Source: Klebsormidium nitens
Taxonomy: Eukaryota; Plantae; Klebsormidiophyceae
Assembly (NCBI GenBank): GCA_000708835.1
Contig: DF236976.1
Span: 1-64,000 of the forward strand
Direction: 5' to 3'
Length of the DNA stretch: 64,000 bases
Part shown: positions 45,901-58,949 of the stretch, in pieces
Position numbering within the stretch: the first letter of the stretch is position 1
Layout: every line of letters starts with the position of its first letter
The notes under the pieces: model-generated
The model's input: only the letters and a program-made list of their open reading frames with translations
What the model was told of the DNA's origin: nothing
Databases searched by the model: none
Program-made: the position numbers and the translations under genes

Positions 45901-48900
45901 GTAGACCGGGTCTCACTGGAGTGCTCAGCGCCGTAAGTTTCCAACCCTCAGTAAGATTTGGCCTCAATTCTTGATTTTGGGCCTCACTTCCTGTCGGCCT
46001 TACTCTTTGATGTTGGCCTCAGTTTCGCAAATGCAAGGTTTGTAACTTTCGTTTTCTTCTGCTGTCCAGTTGGTCGACCTGGAGCACCGCTCCGAGCTCC
46101 TTGCCCAGGCGGAGGAGGAACGGGAGGCAGCCGTGCGAGCCAGTGCACACAAAGAAGCCGAGATTGGCAGGCTGCGGGAGGAAGTGCTGGTAAGGGTACT
46201 GGTCCCTCTTACTAACTTGGGTATGCTACCAAGTGATGGCCCACCAAGACCATCTGTCGTCGGGATCTTTTCTTGTTCCCAAGATTGACTATCTGTGGTG
46301 ACTTGGTTGAATCGGAAAAAGGGACCGGGCATTGTAGACCCTTTCGGGCCGATGCTTTTTTGGTGTTTTGGCCCGACCTCAGGCCACGCTTGGGTTCTGG
46401 TTCAGGTGTTGATTTGAGTTCTATAGCTAATACAACAATGCCTCAGATATTCACCAGGACAGCTTGAAGGTCTTGCTGTTTTCGTAGCAGAGGGATCTAG
46501 GACGTGGAACGAATATCAATATGGTCAAACCTCATAACTCCGCTTATAACCATACTCTGCCTTGTGGCTTTCGCTCACAGAAGCTCACGTCTTGAACCCC
46601 TTTAATCTCTGACTAAGAATTGTTTACACCTCGAAATCCCCTCTACTGCAGACGCTCGAGGGACGGGCCGTCGAGGCTGAGGCCAAGGTGTCCGAGCTCC
46701 AGGAGGCGCTTCAGGCCGCCCAGGCGCAGCTGGCGCAGATCACGGGCTTCTCCCGAGCGAAGGACGAGGAGATTCGGGGGCTGTGGAAGCGCGTGCAAGA
46801 AGCTGCGCGCAACCAGGAGGAGCATGAGGCCCTGCGGCAGAAAGTGGCGCAGCAGATGGAGGACATCCTGGCAGCGGAAGCGCGGGGGCGGGAGAGCGAG
46901 GCGCACGCAAAAGACGCAGAGGTGGCGGCGCGGGAGCAGGAGGAGAAGATGTCGCAGGTACGGCGGAGCGTGCCTTTCCTTTTTCCATTTTTAACCCGCA
47001 ATCATTGAGCGGTGAAGTAAAGATGGAGTGGGATCTTTGGTTGTGAGTGTCGAAGGAGAATCGAATCCATCTCGGAGTGAGCCTTCTCTCCGTGTCAAGG
47101 CAAGAGTGAGGGAAAAGGGTCCGTCAAAGAACCTGACTAGTTTGAATTCAGTGCGTGTGACCGTCCACAAGAGGTCTCGTTTCACTCCGTTCTGAATTTT
47201 GACCTTTTTCTTTCTACTCCGCAGAAGGGTGTCAGTCAGACGCCATAGTCCATGAATTTTTTTTCAAGTTGTCCTACATAAGGAGCGAAAGTGGAAACTG
47301 CGAAGGGTGTTTCTTTCTGCCATCGTACTCGAGAAGGATTCATGGCCGCTGCTTCTCATAGAAAGAGAAGGGAGTCTCCTTCTGCAAAACAGCGGTGTGA
47401 TTCGATTCAAGTTTGGGTGAATGCCAACGTGCGAGGTGCTGAGATTGGAGTCTTCGACCACGCGAATTGATCTGTCCTTTTGCCATGCAGGTAGAGGAGG
47501 CACTCAAGGAGAGGGAAGAGGATCTTACGGGCTTGAAGGAAGAGCTTCGATCGAAAGAGGCGGACCTCGAGGCACTGCAGCAGCAGCTTCGGGCGCAGAA
47601 GAGCGAGGGCAATGAGGCGCGGAAAGAAAAGACAGCGCTTCAGTCGGAATTGCACCGAAGCGAGGAGAGCGGGAAGGAGGAGAGGGAGAGAAGCGAAAGC
47701 CTAGAAGCGGAGCTGCAGAAAGAGAAGCGGAGGACAGATGACCTGACTGCTGAGGTGTCTGCTGCAAGGACGCGGGAAGAAGAGTTCGCGAAGCGCCTGG
47801 TAGAGTTGGAGAAAGAGAAGGTGGAGCTCCATGAAAGGCTGCGATCGGAGGCTGACGCCCGCGTGCGAGAGCTCGCGGAGAAACTGGCAGCTGCGGAGGC
47901 GGACTTGGCCCAGAAACTGTCCGGAACGGAAGCGGAGTGGGCGCAAAAGCTTTCCGACGCGGAGGCGGCAGCGGCAGAGCGGCTCGCGGCTGCACAAGAA
48001 GAGCTGCGGACGGTGAGGGCGGATTTACAGCGAGCGAAGCAGGAATTGATGGAGCAGAAGGAGCGGTGGGAGCGGGAGAAGTGTGAACAGGCGGAGCGGC
48101 ACGTGGAGGAACGAGAGCGGGTCGCACGGGAGCGTGCGCGGGCGGTGGAGCACCTGGAGAAGGAGGTGGAAGAGAGCGGGGGGGCGATCCAGAAGCTGCG
48201 GGAGGGGATCACTCGACGGGACGTCGAGATCAAAGACCTGCAGACGGAGCTGTTGGAAGCGCGAGAGGGTCTGGAGAAAGCGGTGCGGGTGAAAGAGGAG
48301 GAGATGAAAAATGAGAGGGCGCAGGCTGCGGCGGTTCGAGAGCGCTTGACGGAAGAGTTGGCAAGCAAGGACGCCGAATTGAAGGAGCTAAGGAGAGAGG
48401 TTCAGGAGATACAGGTGACGGTGTCCCGGCACAAAGAGGAGGACCTGGCATCGCCGAAGGGTGTTAAAGAAATCTCAATGGCTCAGGCCGGGCCGCAGGA
48501 TGACGTCAGCAGGAGGAAGGAAGAGCTTAGGTTGATAGAAAGGGTAGTGCAATCGAAGGAGGCCTCGCCGTCGAGAGTCAAAGCGTGGGCCCGGGTAAGC
48601 GATCCGGGGCTGTCGGGGCTTCTAGCGGAAGAAAAAAGGGCCTTACCTGAGGGGGCGGGCAAGGCAGAGGCCAGGGTGAAGCCGCCCGCCCCCAGGGTGC
48701 GGGTGAGTTTCTTAGGGCGGCGAGAGGGCAGCCCGGGTCTGGCCGAGGAGGAGTGTGCGACGCCGATCCAGGAGAAGTTTGACGTCGAGGGAGACGAGAA
48801 AACGGCGCTGCAGGAACGGCTTCGAGAAAAGGAAGAAGCGCTTGAGGTGGAAGTGGTGAGAACGCATTTCTGTGTCTTTGCTAGCCGTTCTCGTTTGGGT

Positions 48901-51900
48901 CAGAGCTTTCTTGTGTCCGTGATCAAATCGTGCTGTTTCGTGATTACAGACTTTGCCTGAGTTGTATTCACTTTGAGCTGGCGTAGTCCAGGCTCAATCT
49001 TCTGTTTCGACTTCACGAAACTTGCTGCGTATCCTGGGGGGACAACCGCAGGCTTGATTGCTTTTTCTAGATCTCGCGAACCCACTATCCGTTTTCTTCC
49101 GCGTCCGAGTATGCAGGCACTAATGCTGACAAAGACGGACTTCGATTCGTTCTTCGAGACGCTTTCTCGAAGCGTTTTCTGGCTGCACGGAACGGCCACC
49201 TTTTTGAGCAACTTGTCAGTCAAGGTGTGTTTCTGAAAGATGTCACGCGCCCTGTTTGTGCAGTCCCGTCGCCAGAAGATCGAGAAGCAGCTGGCCGACG
49301 CCAATAGCTTGTTGGCGCTGCGGACCGCTGAGGCGTCCCGCCTTGAGAACACCCGGAGACACGTGGCAGCCCTAGAGGAGCAGGTGTGCACGCTGCAGCA
49401 GGAGCTCGCGGACGAGACGGCACGTGTCAGCGAGCTGACGGTCCACGTGGCAGACCGAGAGGTAGAGCTGGCGCGGCTGAAGGACGTCAGCTTGGGTGGG
49501 CTGAGCAAGGAGCCAGCTTACAGCAACGGAAGCAGAAAGGCGAAGAGAGGGTCAGGCGAAGAGGGGCTTGCGAGCAAACGGGATGCAGGACGCGCTGATG
49601 CGGAGATCCGGGCTGGCAGCAGGAAGTCGCTAGAAGGCAGCACGACGGCTGAACCCGCAGAGAACGGCGCAGGACAGTCCGAGGACTGGTTGCAGCGGGA
49701 ACTGCGGGAGGTGCGGGGCCACCTGGAACTAGAGCGGGCGCACGCGGAGGCGGCCGGAAAGGAGCTGCACGAGAGGCTGGCGGAGCGGGAGCGCGACCTG
49801 GGCGAGCGCACGCAGGAGCTGCGGAACTTGGAGCAGCAGCTAGAGGACGAGGAGGGGGACAAGCGGCGCATCCTCAGCCAGGTGGGCGGCGGGGGGCTGG
49901 CCGGAAGATCGTGGTTCTGTGTCCTGCGTCCGTAGGTTTATCCCAACAGTCAGGCGCTTATGTGTCCGGTGTTCCTTTTCTTCAACCTCCAAATTGTGTG
50001 AATAAGACGCGAAGGTCAAAACTCAATATACGTGGTTCCTTTCACCTGGCCTTGCATTTGTGTGCACGGAGGCGGGTTGGACCTTGAGATGGGTTCGTTT
50101 CTGGCGACAGAAATAGTCCTCCTTGAGTAGCAGGAGCCATCGTTTTTGGCGTCGATAAAGGAGAGTTTCGTATTTAACATTGTCCAACTAGAAAACTCTG
50201 CTTTTCGGCCGTCCGTCCGTTCCGTCCGAAAAAAGTGATAAGAGAAGTATGCTCCTCCAATTGTTTTGGCGCGACCTCCTGTTTCATTACATGTCTTTGG
50301 GTCCATCTCGAATGTTCCTAGGGATTGAACTATGACGAGACGTGGAGCCGCCTTTGTCCCATTAAAACTCTTTATTGCTGTCACCACTTCTAACAACGTT
50401 CGACCGTTTCCTGCCGTCAGATGGACTACCAGCGGACCCAGATCGACCACCTGCAACAGCAGCTGTACGGCAAGAAGAAGAGCATGGACCGCCTCCTCAC
50501 CCGCCTCTCCGACAACGAAAGAACCCTCGAGCAGCTGCGCATCTCCCCGGGCCAGTCCCCCCGCTCTAGTTTCTCCTCCAACGGAGACCGGAATAGCTCC
50601 CCCGGGCACTCCCCTTCGGGCACCGGAGAGCGGATCTCCTCGCCCAGGCTGCCGCTCACCACGAGCGTTACCGATCTGGAGAGACTGCGAGCGGAAGCCG
50701 AGTCGGAACACCGGGCGGAGTTGGTGCAGCGACTGGAGCAAGGCGGGGTTCTCGAGCGGAAGGAATTGGAAGAGGAGGTGCCGGCGTTGTTCAGCCAGTG
50801 CAAGGCGCTCCAGGCCGCGCTGGAGGAGAGTAAGAAGCGCATTGCGGAACTGCGCGAGCAAGCGCTGACGTTCCAGGGCGAGACGGACGCGCGGGATGCG
50901 GTGATCGAGGCGCTGCGGGAAGAACTAGACGTGGTGAAAGTGCGGGTGGAGTCCGACGCCGGGAAGCTGCGAGAAGAGGCCGCGGCGAGGGAGGGTGAGC
51001 TGGCGCGGAGCGTCGCGGATCTGAAAGCACGGGTGGCGGAGAAGGAGAAGCTACTGGACGAGGGAGACAGCAAGTTTGAGGAGCTGCGGGGGCAGATCGC
51101 GGGGGGAGAGGAGAGGATTCGGACGTTGCGGGGCGAGGTGGGTACGATCCGGGGGCAACTGTCCGAAAGGGAGGACTACTTGGAAAGGCTGGAGGGAGAG
51201 ATTGGGGAACAGGCGGCGATGCTGGTGCGGATGCAGGACGACATCGCGGAGAAAGAGCGACAGCTGGCGGAGTGGGAGGGGCTGGCGGAGGCCCACGAAA
51301 CGGAAGTCGAGTTGCTGCGGAGGAAAGTCGAGAGTCTGAAGTCCACGGAAGCGCCCTCTGTGGAAGCGGACGACGAGGGGGTGCCACGTCGCGGCCTGCA
51401 AGAGCAGCCAGACGTGCCGGAAGGGCACGTGGCGTCAGGAGGCAGTCTGGAGGAGCAACTAGAGGCGGCAGTCGAACGGCAGAAGCGGATGAGCCAGGAG
51501 CTGAGCGCGGAACGGCGGGAGTGGGAGTCGCGGCTCGTGCGGATGAAGCACGAACGGGAGGGGTTGGAGAAGCAGGTTGTGGAAGAGCGGAAGCTCAAGA
51601 ATCAGGCGCTGAAAAGCGTCCAGGTTAAGCTGCGGCGGTTCCAGTTCGAGCTGGGGGAGGTGCGCAAGGAGAGGGCGGCGCTGCACGAGAGGGTTCAGGG
51701 TTTGGCCCGCGTGGCGCGCGAGGGCGAGGAGCGGGTTTGGGCCGCGGTTGAGGAGAGGCTGAATGGACAGTCCGTCGGCGTCGTACTGAGGTCGCCGAGG
51801 CAAGGGTGGCTGGGGAAGCTGACGGAGTCGACCAAGGGGAAGAGGGAAGTGCTGGCTCTAGATTATAAGGCGATCGGGAGGGCAGCCTCCCGAGACGTTG

Positions 51901-52358
51901 CGGCGTCTGAGGAGGAGGCAGACCGACCGGCGTCCGCTCCTGGGGTTGCTTCCCCAGACAGCGAAAGCGTAAGTCTAGCTGCTGTGGACAGAGAGGAAGA
52001 GGTAGCGGGATATCCCGAGATGAAGCGAACCCAGGAAAGCGAATCCGGCTTGAGGCAAAGAGCAGATGACATTCTTGGATCTCGAGGTGACGTCCGCAGT
52101 GGCGACGTTTCCCCATCTGATATACAAGCGAAGGGGGTATCAGATGATGGCAGTCGCCGATTGGGGAGGCGTACGCCGCGAAGTAGTTACAGGATGTCAC
52201 CGCGCGGGTCTGGAGAGGTTGCTAGGGTCAGCGCACAAGAAGAAAGGGTGGTAGCGGAAGAAGAGCGCGATCAGGGCAGGTTGGTCTTCGTCGTCGTGTG
52301 CACGGTCGGAGTGCTGGCAGTATTCGTGGTCACCGCTGGGCGGCTAGGCCTACTTTGA
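42989..52358 (+). CDS. Very long coiled-coil protein with a C-terminal transmembrane tail anchor (~2130 aa, 8 exons)
   Basis: Exons 42989-43234, 43538-43690, 44051-45709, 46070-46189, 46652-46957, 47491-48855 (or 48846), 49264-49881, 50421-52358, all phase 0. E/K/L/A-rich heptads throughout, ending RLVFVVVCTVGVLAVFVVTAGRLGLL*. The true start could lie further upstream. Confidence 0.8.
44564..45150 (+). repeat. Internal tandem duplication of 294 nt (98 aa) in the coiled-coil gene
   Basis: KSAEAAGMESSLTLTSAALDARLDKAEAKNRAL.. at 44564 recurs as KGAEAAAMESTLTLTSAALDAGLEKADAKNRAL.. at 44858. Confidence 0.9.
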
Positions 52359-53750
52359 AGAACCATTTTGCCTTTCAGGAAGTGAGTTGTCCGGATTCTT
52401 TAGAGATGATCGCACGTCTCAAACTGAGACACCGCAAGCGCAGATGCAGCTGCCATTGCAGCCGACCTTGGCTGCTTTGGACTTGCCGATTAGTAGGCAA
52501 GCCAAGCGTCATTGATCATCAAGGCCTTTCGGACATGAGGTGTCCCATGGAACTGGTTCTGAAGAGTAGGCTAAGCGTTGACCTTTTTATTTGAGCGCAG
52601 CACGTATGTTTATTAGCTGAGGTATAGACGATCAAGGAAAGAGTAACTCAAGTATGAACCCTTCAACTGCTGGCACATATTGACCGCCCGCTGCCAGTGA
52701 TCGGATGTGGGAAAAAGCACATTGCATGCCAAGACACGCTGCTCAGCCAGCTGCCCAATGTGAGTAGAATCCAACGCGTGCTCCTATCAGGACTCAATTC
52801 CGCCACTGAGCTTTGGGGCCTAGGTGCGCTGCAAGCATGTAGCTAAGTTGAGTCTGACCGTACGTACCGCCCAGCGTTGCATGAAGGTTTCTTGTGTGCT
52901 GCATGTACTCCTTGACGCACCAACTTCAGCCTAGCCGCGCTTGTGATGTGCATGCATCATGCCATTGTACGTTGGTGCATCCAGTGAATGTTGCCAAATT
53001 GGCCGCATGGTTGCCGCGGGTAATATAAACCGGCGTGCATGCGGATGGATCGTTTAAGATTGTAAATAATGCATTTCATGCTTCGTGCAAATAATGCATT
53101 TCATGCTTCGCGCTGTGATATGCAAACCGCGGGCGTCTAAAAAATAAACTGTCACACACCAAATGTGCATCGACATCACATGCATGACAAACTTTTCAAG
53201 CATGGGCGACCAGTCGCCGCCTTCAATAGCAAGGCGACGGTTAATCATGCCTGTTCCATGCACTTGTCGACTGATTTGGGATCGAACAATTGCGTACAAA
53301 CACATGACCAGCATGCTCTGTCAAGTTGCTGTAGCATGTAGCAAGTCTGTTCAGCGATCGCAAAGGCAAGGTGCGCTAGATTGATGTGGACTCTGCAAGT
53401 AGCTATCGGCTCGACTTTGGATAGCTCTAACCAACACATTTCCCCTTCCGGGTTGCAACTTTGCCTATTGTGATTGCGTCGAACTGTGCATACGTAACTG
53501 CATGCTTATTGGGCGACACTTACGGTCTGAATGGTCCCCGCATGACGGACATGTAACGTTATGACGCGTAGCATGACGTGGTACGACTGCCTGATCTTTT
53601 GTTTCGAAGCTCCAGTGCCGCCTCTGCTCCCAGCGCCTTGCATGAGGTGAAGCGAGAAAAAGGACAACCCTGAACGAGCTTTCCTCTTGGTCTTCCGCGG
53701 CGCTGCAAGGGAAGCCTTAAAGAGCGTGCTTAAGGCCGCAAGCTTAGCAG

Positions 53751-56700
53751 ATGATGGGAAAGCGCAAGCTGGGCGCGATGGAGACAGTCAGCCCTAGCGC
53801 GCAGCACGGAGCGCAAACCCGCCTTTGTATCGAGACCGAAGCAATGGGGTTTCTGAGTAGGGAAGTCGACGAAAATGATGCAAGCGCAATGATTTTGAAC
53901 CAGTCGCTTGAACGCGTGAGGCTGCAGGCGCTGAAAAACGCCGAAGCAAAGGAGACCGCCCAAAAGGCCCAAAAGCCGCGGCGCATTCCGCCGTTGGTCA
54001 TGCCCCATGACCCGGGCACAACCTACGATTTCACAGACATAAAAAGGGTCTTAAATTCACCGGTCACGCTTCAAGAGTTCTCCGAGCCGGAACTCCGGAG
54101 CGCATTCATACTGCTCGCGAGCGCCCTCAAAGTGGTGCGCCAGATCGACGAGAAGGAGCGCATCATGCAGTGCTTGTCCGTGTGTTCGGACGAGCTGCTG
54201 GGCCGAGTGTCCGAAACGGAGTTTTGGACGGCCATGGTCCGGAACGGCCTGGCGGCGCTGCTCCTTGGCGTGGTCCCGGAGGAGGACACGTGGAAGCTGC
54301 TGCAGGCGACGATTGATGTCGTCAGCAACGAGGACTGGCGGTCACAGGTACGTCGCCACACCTTCAGGATTTTCAGGATGCAAAACGTTGATGTTTTTGG
54401 ACCGTCGAATTACAGGTGCCCCTCGGAAAAGGCACTTCAGCAGATTGCTCTTAAGTAGATGGAAATTACTCTCGCTCAGGGGCATCATATTGGCACCAAT
54501 CCCTCTTTCCATCAGATCAGTGCTACCGCTACGCTTTGGCTCTACTTGAAGTTTCAGCCACCATGGGGCGTCCAGAACGCTGCTGAAATATTAGCGGATT
54601 GCCTGCCCTCGTATTGGGAACCCTTTCTCTGTTGCCCGACTAAGAGCGGGCATCTTTGATCTGTATCGCAGGGCTTCCTACACGCGCTGCAAACTCTGAC
54701 CCCTCTTCTCGGCAAGGGCGGCATCGCGTTCATCCAACGCCTCATCAGCTCGTCAGCCCTGGAGCGAGTCCTAGCAAAGTTCGTGGGCGAGAACCTCGCA
54801 CTCGAAGACTTGCTGAAACCGGCGGATGTGAACACTTTCGGATGGACACTGCGCCTCTTCTTCTCCATCGGCAGCTCGTTCGACAGCGGGACGTATCATC
54901 TGCACACGGGTATGACAAACCGGAACTCTCGTTTTCTGTTTGAAAGGACGCGTGATTTCGTAGCAACGTACGGGGTCTTTTGTGCGCGGATCCAAACGGG
55001 GAAGTCTTTCCTTCTTATGTTCCCACACTCAATCTTTCATCGATCGGAAACCCCACACCAATGGCAGCCCTCACTTTTCTAAGATGAGAAAAGAAGATCG
55101 TCTTCCGGTGGTCCTCATCAAGGATGTTTTTGCAGCACGTAAGGATCGAAGCTATCTTCAAAGAATGATTTCCTGCCTATTTTGCAGCCTCGAAGGAAGC
55201 TCTTGAGATCCTTGTCCGCCGGGGAGCTGTGGGCAGAATCCTGGAAGCAGTTACTTTGCTTACAACAAGTGCCGAAACTGTCGACACAACCCGCCTAGAG
55301 GACCTGTGCAAGATGCTGGAGCTCTGCACAGAAGTTCTCGCCAGCTGCGCCGTTGGATCGGAACGCTTCTTGCAGGAATTGAAACAGAGCGAAGGTGAGA
55401 AACAACCTCTAGAACGCTACCCAAAGTTCGATTGCAGCAGAAGCGATTTGAGACCCGCGTTGAGATTTTCAAATGGTTTGACATGTAACGGAGAAAGATG
55501 AGGGGCCTTCACATGCTCTCCTTCTGGTCATAGAAAGTTCTTGATTATTCTAGCAAAGTCTCTCCCGACTGCCTACTTCATTACTTCATTACTCAGCATA
55601 TGCGTGGAATCAGTTTTTTACACTTAGAAAAGCAATCTCTTTCGAGATCCATTTCATAATAGCCAACAACAAGTCAACGGACAAACAGAGAACTTTGCGC
55701 AACGGTTCTGCATCCGGCCTAGTTTGATACTCCTGCGGGTGCGCGTTCCGCAAGACGAGAACGTGTCTTTCTCGCTCGCAGGATTCGCGGACAACGTGGC
55801 TTGGTTCATCAGGCACTGACTACAAACCGACCAAGCTCCCTTCTAAAGGTTTCTATATTCTCTATGATAGCCATGGGGTGTGACTTTGCAGGAAGACAAA
55901 TTGTGCCCTTCCTTTTGCAGGATTCGCGGAAAACGTGGCATGGTTCATCAGGCACTGGGACTACACCCCGACTGCAAGCCACGCCTCTCTAACCCTTCTT
56001 TGGAAGATGTTCTTCACGGGCCCGAAGTAAGCAAGACCATATCCGTCGCAGCATAAGCAACAGAGAAGACAGCTGTTTCTTCCCTGAATCTCAGTTTAAT
56101 AAGAGGAATTTTCAGCAACCTCAAATCCACGCCCTCAACATGTCACGGGCACAGAGGAAGGTTCACGTAAAAATTCAGTGTGCTTCCAAAACGTTCACTA
56201 TCCAACAAGAGAGAAAAACGTTCCGTCAATTGTACTAGTCGTTGAGTCACATTCTTCAAGGTAATTTTTGAGGATTAAGTCGCTCTGAGGCCCATTAACA
56301 GACTGTCGTGTTGCAGGTTCGGGGACTTGGATCTGCCTCTGTCCCTGGCCTCACAAGAAGGCCTGCTTGAGCGCCTCGCCGCTTTCGTCGATTACGTCCC
56401 GGAGTATCGGACCAGAAACCCTATTGCAGACGTTTCCGTAAGATCAAAAACAAGGATAAATTCTCTATCTGACGATTACCCGAGGGCCGTAAAGGAGTAG
56501 CTCAAAGACAAGCGTCAAAGATTCCTTGAGGATCGGCCTCAGCTGCATTCAGTACATCATTCGCTTTATTTTCAAACGGGCTCTAGAAATGCGTCCCACT
56601 AGGGTAGAGTCTGGTGTTGGCTGCTTTTCGTTCCGCGTATCCTAAAAACGTCGATTGACGTTGTCTTCAAGCCGCGAAGGTGTCACCCGAATGCAATGCC

Positions 56701-57808
56701 GGCCAGCCACGCATAAGCTGAATTCTGATTATAAATCGGTGCTTTGGTTCCGGGTTCGCCATGAATAGGATTATACTAGTGAGCGGCATGCGTTTCGACG
56801 ATGACGTTGCGGTGCCCTTGCAATGAACGGCTTAATTTGGTAGGCGGTATTGCTGCGATCCGTGCTTCCTGGTGTCTTCAACGCTTTACTCGTACAAGGA
56901 AGGTGACGCACTGAGACGTCAACTCAGCCCAGCTCGTTATTTCATGCCTCTGAGCCTCCTCAATACACTTGTTTGAATTTTCTCCATCCCAGGTCATCGC
57001 CGAAGTCTTCCTGGGCTTCCTCTCGCTTGAGCCCCTTCCCCCGGGCGCTTTCTCTCCCCCGGTCGTCCGCGCCCTCTGCAAAATAGCGACCGGGGCAAAC
57101 TTCCCGGGGTATGCTTCCCAAGCCACGGGCCTGATTCGCCACTTGGTCCCGAAAGGAAGTGTGTCGGTAGATGCCGTCAGGGGCGCGGCCGCGGCCGCGG
57201 CGCTTCACGGCCTGGTGGACTTAAAGTGCGATCAGTGCGGCGCGGCGAAGGGGCAGTGGGAGCTGAAGAGATGCTCGCGCTGCAAGTAAGTGCTACGTTT
57301 TTTGATGTTTTGAATGCACGGGAATGTGGTGAAGCACTTGAACGGAAAGTGTCGTTGAAAACACACGGCGCGACATAGTCGAAGCTGACAGACAGGAAGA
57401 GAAAGAGGTCGTGCAGAGAACACGATGAGAAAGAGATCGTGCAGGGAGAGAGTTTTCAATCAGCTTTCCAAAAGAGGAGTAGAAAGATGTCCCAAGGGAA
57501 AGACTGGCATCGATGAAACCCTGTGGATGCACTAACGATTCGGCTCAAGATATGCTTGTCATCATTCTCTCCCGCTGATTCACCGCCAACACTGAGCTTT
57601 CACGCCATGTCTTTGCGCCCTAATGACCTCTTTCTTTGCTGGATTGTCTGTAAAGTCGGCTCGGAATGAGCTCGCGTTGTTGAAAGCCAGAGACATTCTT
57701 ACCTGGCGGTTGGCTCTTCGCAGGGGTGTGAATTACTGCAGCGCGGAGTGCCAGAAATCCGCGTGGAAGGAGCACAAGAAAGTCTGCATCGTCACTGCGG
57801 CTGCTTAG
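53751..57808 (+). CDS. Helical-repeat-like protein with a C-terminal MYND zinc finger (~548 aa, 7 exons)
   Basis: Exons 53751-54347, 54672-54909, 55188-55394, 55921-56026, 56317-56437, 56993-57285, 57724-57808 join in frame. The spliced C-terminus CDQCGAAKGQWELKRCSRCKGVNYCSAECQKSAWKEHKKVC fits the MYND consensus. Confidence 0.85.
55782..55830 (+). pseudogene. Degenerate duplicate of the 5' part of MYND-gene exon 4 (pseudo-exon)
   Basis: cgcag|GATTCGCGGACAACGTGGCTTGGTTCATCAGGCACTGACTAC versus the real exon tgcag|GATTCGCGGAAAACGTGGCATGGTTCATCAGGCACTGGGACTAC at 55921. A 2-nt deletion creates an in-frame TGA. Confidence 0.75.
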
Positions 57809-58949
57809 CAACTTCTTACACCTTAGTTTCCAACTTCGTTTGCTTTTGGCAATCAGCAAGAGCATGTGGAAGTCGGGGTAGTCGAAGCACGCTGCGCTTA
57901 ACCGGCTACATCGGGGATAGAATCAAGTAGGAAACGCAGGAGAAGGAACTAGATCTTGAAAGGTATGGATTTGTAAATGTCATACGAGCGACAGCTCTGA
58001 AGCGTCTGCAGTCTCACGGAGTGCATCGATCTCTCTGGTAGACCAGTCGGTTGCACCAGAACTAGGTGTGCGGCAAACATGCATGCCTACATCAGCATCA
58101 CGCACGCAACTTTGACCACGGTGATGTCTGACCGCTTCCGTGTCGGCGAGTCTCGCCCTTGGGTAGAAGGTCATGCGCAGCTGTACATTTATGTCTTCAT
58201 GGCCCAGCCTGCTAGGGTGCTTTGCAAGAGGCCGCATGCATATAATTAAAATCCCCACCACGATCAATTTATGATCAGAATGATTGCATTGCACGCGTCC
58301 AGATCATCCTGACCCTTGGTACGTGTCGACAAGTGCACCAGACCCGTCAGAACGCTGTTCATTTGCGCTTCCGTGATCCCCAAGCATGTGTGCACGCGAT
58401 TATATATTGAATTAGCGCCTATACGCCATGAGCGGCCAGTACGTGAAGTCCATGTCACACATGCATGGACGTCAGTTTGACACCCGGCCCGCCTGTCCGC
58501 TAGCTAAATTTCAGGCGCGGCCGCATAGAGGATGCTTGTCATGCATGAGTTGGGCGTCTGAGTGACATAAACACAATCGGCGCCCGGGTTCATTTACCGG
58601 CCACGTTTTGAAGCAGCATGCATGACTTCTCATAGAAGCGACCATGGGCCTAGTAAATGCCGTACTACGGTAGCCGGTCAAACTTTGAGCGTCGCCCTCA
58701 ATGCTTTGATTGCATGACCCGCCACAGGACATCGCTCTGGGGAATGAAACTTGACGCGGTACTTGACATTGTTCCGGCAACGTTTGGAAGGACGCTTTAC
58801 CACCGCACGCGTGTTCCTCGTCTCAGAGGTCGAGTCCAGGTCAACACAATCCTGAATCTGACCGGAAGTCTGCACTTTCTCCTTGATATAAGCTTCCTCG
58901 AAAACAGATACACGTCAGACAAGACTGCTTTTTCTCCGGTGCCGCCCGT

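Noticed and set aside
44305-51803. Long antisense ORFs (e.g. 44716-45672, 47640-48368, 50426-51073)
   Set aside because: They are Ser/Phe/Leu-rich shadows of the purine-rich coiled-coil exons.
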